A stretch of DNA of 60,008 nt, counting the filler, from Basidiobolus ranarum (taxonomy: Eukaryota): NCBI GenBank assembly GCA_040143965.1. It is 12 parts of 12 records of this genome, joined end to end, with 100 filler letters (N's around TTAATTAATTAA, not from the genome) between each part and the next. Parts side by side here need not be neighbours in the genome. Positions count along the whole stretch, not along the records: positions 50,123 to 55,015 come from JASJQH010001791.1; positions 55,116 to 60,008 come from JASJQH010001792.1; 10 more parts are not named here. One strand, written 5' to 3'. The notes under the pieces were generated by a model, which saw only the letters and a program-made list of their open reading frames with translations, did not search any database and was not told the origin of the DNA. Below are positions 51,846 to 60,008 of this stretch, in pieces. The stretch's first letter is position 1; each line of letters starts with the position of its first letter. A program made the translations under genes and the position numbers.

Positions 51846-53209
51846 GAAGCCGGTTGGGATGAGGGATCGATTAATTTGCTGACTGGTTGATCCTTTGGAG
51901 CCATTTATCGACGTAAGAGGCCCAAATGAGATTCAGATCACATCCCAAACAACAGTCTGTATGCTTGATTTTGGGCTTCATTAAGCACTATCAGCAACGA
52001 TGGTGCTGGTGATGGTGCTGGTGACGTGGCTTCTATATTTACCACTGCTACATAGAATTGCACTTAATTAAACTTCATTCTCCCTATGCACGCTAGCTCC
52101 AATGAGGGTGGGGTATGTTGATACCTAATGTCCCAGATCCACTGGTGGCGTTGAGGGCCTCTGGACAAGAGACTAGAGGCAATTGCCAGTGCCAGTGTTT
52201 GTAGAAAATACCTAGCTAGCGCCCCATTTATGGAATGAATTCACCATATATATGCTAATAATAAGTGCTTTGGAATGGGGATTCATTCCTCATCTAGACA
52301 ATCTATCCGAAAAAATTGGGATGATCTCGATTAAATCTCTGCAAATGATGCTCATATCACTATTCCAGAAATCCATGAACCAATATCTCATTCACTCCCT
52401 TTTTCATACTTCCCGATGTCAGCCCTAGCTTAACCAATATCACTTGGACTTTCTTTCAAGCCCCTCACCATCCATCATTACCAAAGTCTCTTTCCATTCC
52501 ATCCCAGATCGTCCCCCAATACCAACAAGAAAAATCCTCAGAAATTCATCATATCGCCGACGGCTACGGGTACGAATTCGATCAAACCTCCTATTAATGG
52601 ATCGAGACTTCCTTAACCTAAAACTCCAATGGTTTAAACAGTGAAATCCGGATTCCATCCTGCTATGATAAAATTGACTAGTAGATTGGGTAATTTCACT
52701 AGTATCGATTTATCTAACCAAACGATCCGATGAAATCACTTGAAAATCCTCCATATTGCCCATTATTTCAATTCTCTTGAGTGAAAATCTTCTCTGTAAT
52801 GAAATATAAACCAGTAATCTAGATTCCTTAGACCGATTTCATTTCCTGTGGGGCCTTGGATGAGTGCATATCATTTCGGTTAGAATGGTTCCATTTTTCA
52901 CCTAACATTCATATGTTACTGGAATCATATCAAGAGATCTATATAGCGAACCATCTCTTAAGCTCATAAAATATCCCGAAGTTAGAGTGAAATTGGTTAT
53001 TTGTTCCGATTGAAAATATTCTTACTCTTGAAGTGAATAGCAAAACATATTATGAATTATGCTAGAATATATGTATGAATTATCCAAGCATTAGCCAAGT
53101 TGAACTTCGGCTTTCAAGCAAATCACAGTTTATTTCTCTTGTAAGAATTGTCTAAACATAGTCTTGTCTTGTCATTTTCATACCAAGTTCAAAAGTATCT
53201 GTTTTTGAT

Positions 53210-55015
53210 TTCTGGTTCATGTTCCTGAGACATTCCATAACACATTCTACATGCTGTTTTGTTTGCATCTTAACAAAACTATAAATGTCAACTGAATACT
53301 CAATAAATCAATAAGTGAAACTACAGTTTCTCAAGTTCCCCAAACCACTTCCAACAAGCTCCCAAAATACTTCAATTGGCTATGAGCCCTGAGCTTGCAC
53401 TCTGTGTACTGTCTACTTCCCAAACTTCTGGAACTTTCCCTCAGCTGAAAAATTGGATGGAACCAATTATCAATTTTCAAAAATCAAAGTCAATATGGTG
53501 CTCTAAGAAAAAAACCCTGGTGACATTGTTGCAGGAGAAGAAAGCAATGCAACACTACCTGAAACTAAAGCTTTACTCCCAGTTAAAAAAAGAACAAAGT
53601 GCTCTGCACACAATTTGTCTCAGTGTTAAAGATAAATTGCTTATTCAATGTTTAAGAACCAAAACTGCGTAGAAGGTATGAAAAGCCTTTGAAGATATTG
53701 AAATATACACATTACTGAGAGTACAAGCTTGAGGCTCATAACCTGTTAAAGTATTTGGAGGCCTGTGGAAGTGGTTTGGCAAATCAGAAAAATGGTTGGT
53801 TTCACTTATAGATTTATTAAATGGAGAGTTAACCTTCATGGTTTTGTCAAGAATCATTTGAATCTGAGATCATCCAATTTGAGCCATTCTGGCCAAGTTA
53901 AGATTGTCAAAATTAGCATTACTTAAACATCTTTATAGTCATATATAGCTTAGTGTTTAGTTACTCCATATCATAGTACAATATTACCTATTAGTCTCAA
54001 TCAGAACTTACTAAGAAGTTCCGACAGATATATATTTTTTGAACTACTGTTAGAAGCCCCAAACTTTGCACATATGCTTCTGGGACCTTCTATAACAAAT
54101 TCTAAATGTCAGTTTGTCCTTATCTTGACAAAAATATAAATGTCAACTTTCTAGCCAATAAATAGATCAGTGAAAACTGTCAACTTCTCTAATTCTCAAA
54201 CCACATCCAACAGGCCTTAAATACTTCAACAGGAACCAATTATCAAGTTTGGAATATTAAAATGAATATGAAATTGCTGTTGCAAGAAAAAGGACTTTGG
54301 GATACTATTGTAGGAGAAGACAAATGCAAAATTAATTGAAACTAAAGTTTTGCTCCAGATTAAAAAGAACAAAGTGCCATTAACACAACTTTTCTTAATG
54401 TTAATGATAAATTGTTAATTCAATGTTCAAAAGCCAAAACTGACAAGAATGTTTGGAAAGCCTTGGAAGACCCCTACCAGATATGCTCTGCTGCTAGCAA
54501 GATGTTTCTAAAATCATAATTCTCTAACTTAATGATGAAGCCATGAGATGACATCAAATCACTAATTAACAAAGTCACTATTTTTGTGAATTCAATGGAA
54601 TGAATAAGAGTACCTACTACAGATCAGTATATCATAGTCACAGTCTTGAATAGCTTGTCACATAAGTTTCAAACACTTGTAATGGCACTAAAATCAAGAA
54701 CTGAAAATTTGACTTTTGTTGGATAATTAATCTTTATTCAATATTATAGTTAACTTTAGTTATGATATATATATCAGATACAGAAAGCAATGTATAAATA
54801 GCCCCTATATTCTAAATAGGAATATCTCTGTATCTATATAACAAGTATGTCATATTAACCCACTTATCTGTTAAAGTATTTGGGAGCCTGTTGGAAGTGG
54901 TTTTGAGAATTAGAGGAATTGGTGGTTTTCACTTATTGATTTATTGAGTAGAAAGTTGACATTTATAGTTTTGTCAAGATGTAAACAAACTAACGTGTAG
55001 AATATGTTAAGGAAG
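53210..55015. mobile_element. Cluster of nested copia fragments (LTR A + PBS + gag start, twice in + and once in -; LTR B fragment)
   Basis: 53378-53700 and 54232-54716 are homologous to gag 32981-33540; PBS at 53378-53391 (+) and 53731-53743 (-). Confidence 0.88.
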
Positions 55016-55127
55016 NNNNNNNNNNNNNNNNNNNNNNNNNNNNNNNNNNNNNNNNNNNNTTAATTAATTAANNNNNNNNNNNNNNNNNNNNNNNNNNNNN
55101 NNNNNNNNNNNNNNNGCCGAGACTTAC

Positions 55128-55445
55128 CCAGTATGGAAGAGAAATACTAGGATTGACTGAGCGTAAAGCGTTCTCGAATTGATGAATGAAAGCTCGATGC
55201 CATGTAAAGAATGGAGCGGTTGAGTGAGCATGTGGAACATAAGTTAAATGAATATTCACTAAGCGATCGTAAGCACCGCTTTTCTTCAAGGCGTTGACTG
55301 CCTCCACGAACGCAGTCTTCTCGCCATTGGAAAGTTGCCGGAATTCTCTTCTAACAGTCATTCCGCCACATCCTTGTCCACTGATCATAGTGATCGATGT
55401 GGAAGTGAGTAGGAGAGCAAGAGCGAATTTTTTGACAAGTTGCAT
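55128..55445 (-). CDS. Secreted tyrosinase (di-copper) family protein, exon 1, copy A (rest cut)
   Basis: Signal peptide; VRREFRQLS, CuA H...AH....FFTWHR, FENALR, LPYW followed by GTAAGT donor. Confidence 0.9.
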
Positions 55446-56214
55446 GTTTAGTAAGGTGGAGTTGTATATCTGATATTGACGAGTGGAATCTTAAAAAGGG
55501 AGTTTCAAAGTTCCAACAAAGGAGTGAGAAGAAAGATTGCACAGTGAAGTGTGTAAGATATTAAACTTACCTAAGCGGTATTTATATGAAGATCTTTGCA
55601 TTCATACTACATGCATTTCTGACTAACTCCGAATGGATTGTTTTCTGAGTGCATTCCTTCCAAGCATCGATATTTGTTTACGTGAGGCGATAATTGCTAT
55701 AGTGTTTGAGATCAGATAGTTTAACTTGAACTCTGGCTAAAAGAAAATCGATCTGGGATTTATGCATCAATCAGCAATGAAATCTCATTCTCTGTGCGTA
55801 TACTGAGGTTTAGTGCCATTCACTTTTGGAGAACTGGCATCTCACGTTCGTGTACTTTCCCAAACAATAGATTGTATTTGTGAAACAATATATGGAGATC
55901 TCTCATCCAACAATGCTGCTTACCTAGCAATATAGTTTTAGAGCAACACTAAGATGTGTGAGTAATGTGGGCTGTGGTTCGTTCGTTGTGTTCCCTCCAA
56001 GTTGTTATTAAATCCTTGGACACAACCTGAAGCACTTGAGCTCTTCAGGGCATCGTTTCGCAAACATATCCAATAGTTTCAAACTTGCATTCGTGAAGGT
56101 AGGTGAGGTTTTCATTTATACAGCAATGAGGAAATTCAGTTTTTTATTGGAGTATTTTAATGTGAATCAAAGCGTCTAAAGTCACGAGGTTTAAACGAAA
56201 TCTACTGGAGCGTA

Positions 56215-58563
56215 TTAATCCCAATACTTGATGGTACCGTCCCAACTGCAAGTTGCTACTTTGGAAGTTTCTTGTGGATGCCATTCACAACCAATAAGTA
56301 CACTATCGTGAGCTTTGAATTTTCTAGATTGAATAAAACTACGTTAACATCCATTCCAAAGACAAGAACATCTCCATAAATATAGCTTACTTGAGAACTT
56401 TAGTGGTTTTCCAGTCCCAGAACCAAAGTCTTCCTTCCGAGTCACCTGACATGATGAACCTGTAGATATTGTGTTAACTAGAAAGATCAAAATTACGAAA
56501 GAACAAGAATGATCGAATACCTTCCATCAGCGGAGAAATTGGTTTGACAAGCATAACCAGCCACCATGTGACCGGTAAACCGTTTCTTTCCATTGAGCCT
56601 GAATCTATCTTTGGCACCGTATACCACAATCTGGTTGTCAAGGGACTGACAAGCAAGCCATTTTTCTTTGAAATAGGAGTAAAGTTAGGCAATTGATTGC
56701 AAATGAACAAATAAACATATCACTCACTATTAGGGTGCAAAGATACGCTAGGCATACTGTGCATGTAGGGTTCGGCGATATATTTAATGACAACGGGAAT
56801 GTCGAATTCCCAAGCTCTTAAGGTTTTATCATCTGAAGTGGTGACAAAACGACGGTTATCATCAACAAAAGTAATGGTATTAACAGCGCCAAGATGTTGA
56901 TCGTATTCTTGAGTAATTTCACCGGAATTGATGTCAAACTATATGAGTAGATGTCAAGGCTGAGTTTCTGGACATGATGATTATATCAGATATGAATCAG
57001 TATTTACCTGCACAATTTTCTTGTCCGAACAACCAGCCAAGAAAATGTGTTGCTTGTCTTCATCTGGGTTAAACTTGACACAATAAGGGATCTTTTTGGT
57101 GGTAAAAGATCTGATGCATTGACCCGTTTCTGTGTCCCATAGCTTGACAAATCTATCGTAACTGGCGGTTAAGAACTTCCTACCATCATTGTTGAACGTG
57201 ATATCACGGACTGCCTTATTGTGCCCAATGAATGTTCTAAGGCATTTACGTTCATTGTAAACATCCCAAATCTAATCCATGGAAAACTGTGTAAATTCTG
57301 GGAATTAGTGTAAGAATATTAGGACAGAAATTACCTTGACTTTCGAATCCATGCCAGCGGAAAGTAACAGATGTCCAGAGTTTGGAAAGAACCGAATAGC
57401 CGAAACTCCTTTGGTATGTCCGGTCCAAGTGTGAATATGTTTTTTTGGCAAGAAACACTCTTGCTCTCCGGGCTCTCCAAGAAGATTGATATCCAAGTCC
57501 TGAGGAACGTGTATGTAAGTTCTACCTTGATAATCATACTCAGATTTTCCTACAAATATTGTCCGTTGAATATATGTGCTTGGCATATGATGATAATAAC
57601 AACTAAGAGGCTAACCATGGAAAATAGTAGTTTCTGATCCAGAAGTAATCTCGTTACTTGTGTCCTCTCCCACAGGTGCGATTTGTACTGGAACATCCTA
57701 GAGGCAATCCATGTTAGTCAAAATGATCACTATCGAATCAGTCGGTTTAGTGTTTACCTCTTCGTCAGGACCAACCAATTCACCAATTCTTTCACCCTCA
57801 TATCCTGCCCAAGGGCCTTTATATGCGTCTTCCCCTTCTAAAACTGAGGATTTTCCGCGAGTCTTTCTCTTGGCAAGATTTTTGTTCTGCTTGGCTTTTG
57901 AATCATATATAGTTGCACCTGATAGAAGGAAGAGTATAAATATAATGTTCATTCGAAAGCATGAATAAAAAAAATACCATTTAGCTGAGCTGCTTTTGAA
58001 ACGTCACCGACATAACCAGTTCCATCTATACCGCCACCAACTTCCCCCTGTGCAGAATAAGTCAAAATGGAAGGATCTCTGGCGTATCCAAAAGAACGGA
58101 AAGTCCGTTCTTGTGTACGAAAGTCGTGTTCAGAAATGGCTTGTTCTTCCACATGGCCTGCACATATAATGGTGAGATCAAAGAGATATAAAGCAAGCTA
58201 ATATAGCAGACAACAATTTACCAGTTATAATATTCTGGTTAGCTGTTCTAGTCCGGAAAGGATTGTTAGGACCCATAACAGGTTTCACCATGTCTTCGTA
58301 AGGAATGTTTACAGCTACACTTTTATCGGTAATGCTTGTGATTATACGCTTAGAAAGAGTAGGATCCTAATTTAAAGAATTGATTGTGTTGGTTGTTTCC
58401 CCAATATTCTTTGGTCATATAAAAGGGATCTTACCTCTAAACTAACATCGGGAGCAACGTTGATTTTAATACGTTTATGTGATAGATTTACAATAGAATT
58501 TTCATGAGATTCTGAGTCTGAACCTGAGCCTGAAGCTGAACCATAACCGCCTAGAAGGTCCAT
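56215..58563 (-). CDS. CDC40: Pre-mRNA splicing factor Prp17/Cdc40 (WD40); 10 GT-AG introns
   Basis: [79 protein letters not shown]. Confidence 0.95.
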
Positions 58564-59678
58564 TATGAATTCGTGTTTGAGGTGTTAAAACTCGAATAAT
58601 AAAAAAAGGGAATTAATAGATATTGTGTGAAAAGGGAATTTCGTGTCGTGAAATTCATTTTCAAATCAAATTCTAGTTGTTTTTTGATTTTAAATTTGGA
58701 CCAAATATTTCCAAGCCATTTCGTTTAAATAATGCTAGTCTTCATCGTTAATCTAAACCAGTAAACATGAATCTAAATAGTAACCATTTCCCAATTGACG
58801 TACGGTCAACCATGAAAGGTTCAAGCTGCAGAGAGAGAATAGAAGATGGTGGACCAAGTCTCCATGTATGTATGCGCTGAAAATTCATACTGTATCAGGT
58901 TGCTACAGTGAATCGATCTAATCAGAGATTTGCTGATGTATTCCCTTAATTTCAAATCACCCAGCAGCAACAGTGTATAAACGAGTAGCCTGCATTGACG
59001 TGTGCATGGCGAATAACTCATTCTACCGAGGTAGTTTCCCTGCTTCAAGTATGATGGCCACGTGTAGATCCATTTGCATGTGTAACGTGTGGAGAAGGAC
59101 CTTCTAGGTTGCAAACCACAAAATATCTAACAACGCTATTCAAGGAATTGTCAAATAGATTCATTCCTTTTTGTGGTAAATTATGTATGGACAGTTGGAT
59201 AATTGACTCACTTAGCATTCATTATTGATCCATTTAGCATTTATTACTGGTCCATTTAGCATTCAGATTGACGGGACTATTTATGGTTGACAATTGACAA
59301 CAATGTTGGGCAACTACCGAGGTTTTCTTCATGTACTTGGGTATAATATTGAAGTGGAAAAATACCGAAGTTTCTTTGTTGTTGAATTCACTCGGGGCCC
59401 CAACCAGAATTGACGCACGAATCTTAATTTATTTCCCTCACGTACATATAAAATATACCAAACACTCCTTTATTGATCTGCACCTACACAACAAGTTCAA
59501 GCTACTCCGAAAATAACTTTCATCGATGTAATCCTATCACAGATGATTCATATAAAAAGTAATCGTGGTATAGCCTTAGCACATCTTATCTTCAGGTCAT
59601 CCAATTCAATTAAACTTTCTTCATTCAGTTTTGTCCCCTTTTACCCGATTATACATTTACCCTAGGAAACTTGTACAA

Positions 59679-59996
59679 ATGCAATTTGCAAAAAAATTCA
59701 CTCTTGCCCTTCTCCTTGCTTCTACATCTATCACTATGGTCAGTGGACAAGGATGTGGAGGGATGCGTGTAAGAAGAGAATTTCGACAACTTTCCAATGG
59801 CGAGAAGACTGCGTTCGTGGAGGCAGTCAACGTCTTGAAGAAAAATGGCGCTTATGATCGCTTAGTGAATGTTCATTTAACCTATGTTCCACATGCTCAC
59901 TCCACCGCTCCATTCTTCCCATGGCATCGAGTTTTCATTCATCAATTCGAGAATGCTTTACGCTCAGTCAATCCTAGTATAACTTTGCCATACTGG
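59679..59996 (+). CDS. Secreted tyrosinase family protein, exon 1, copy B (rest cut; absent from ORF track)
   Basis: MQFAKKFTLALLLASTSITMVSGQGCGGMRVRREFRQLSNGEK...HAHSTAPFFPWHRVFIHQFENALRSVNPSITLPYW then GTAAGT; TATAAAA at 59551. Confidence 0.9.
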
Positions 59997-60008
59997 GTAA
60001 GTTTCGGT

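Overview
This is eukaryotic (fungal) DNA, not one locus. It consists of 12 unrelated ~4.9-kb contigs of decreasing length (4925 to 4893 bp), joined by artificial 100-bp linkers (N44-TTAATTAATTAA-N44). Short introns, a class IV chitin synthase, a CRIB-containing WASP, propionyl-CoA carboxylase and an AT-AC intron point to an early-diverging (non-Dikarya) fungus; something Basidiobolus-like is plausible but only inferred. Host genes: an Rck2/Srk1-type kinase, GAPDH, head-to-head PCCA/PCCB, GNA1, chitin synthase, a chromo-like protein, WASP, CDC40/PRP17, two inverted tyrosinase paralogues, two tandem secreted MiAMP1-like peptides and one orphan ORF. Repeats: decayed Ty1/copia elements with nested LTRs, a DDE_Tnp_4-type transposase remnant with a divergent repeat-protein ORF, and an ~84-bp satellite. 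The most notable signals are (1) a U12-type AT-AC minor intron in the kinase activation loop, (2) plant MiAMP1-like antimicrobial peptide genes in a fungus, lacking one disulfide pair and carrying a beta/gamma-crystallin-type motif, (3) the divergent PCCA/PCCB pair, and (4) codon-level evidence of CpG-methylation-driven decay of transposons.
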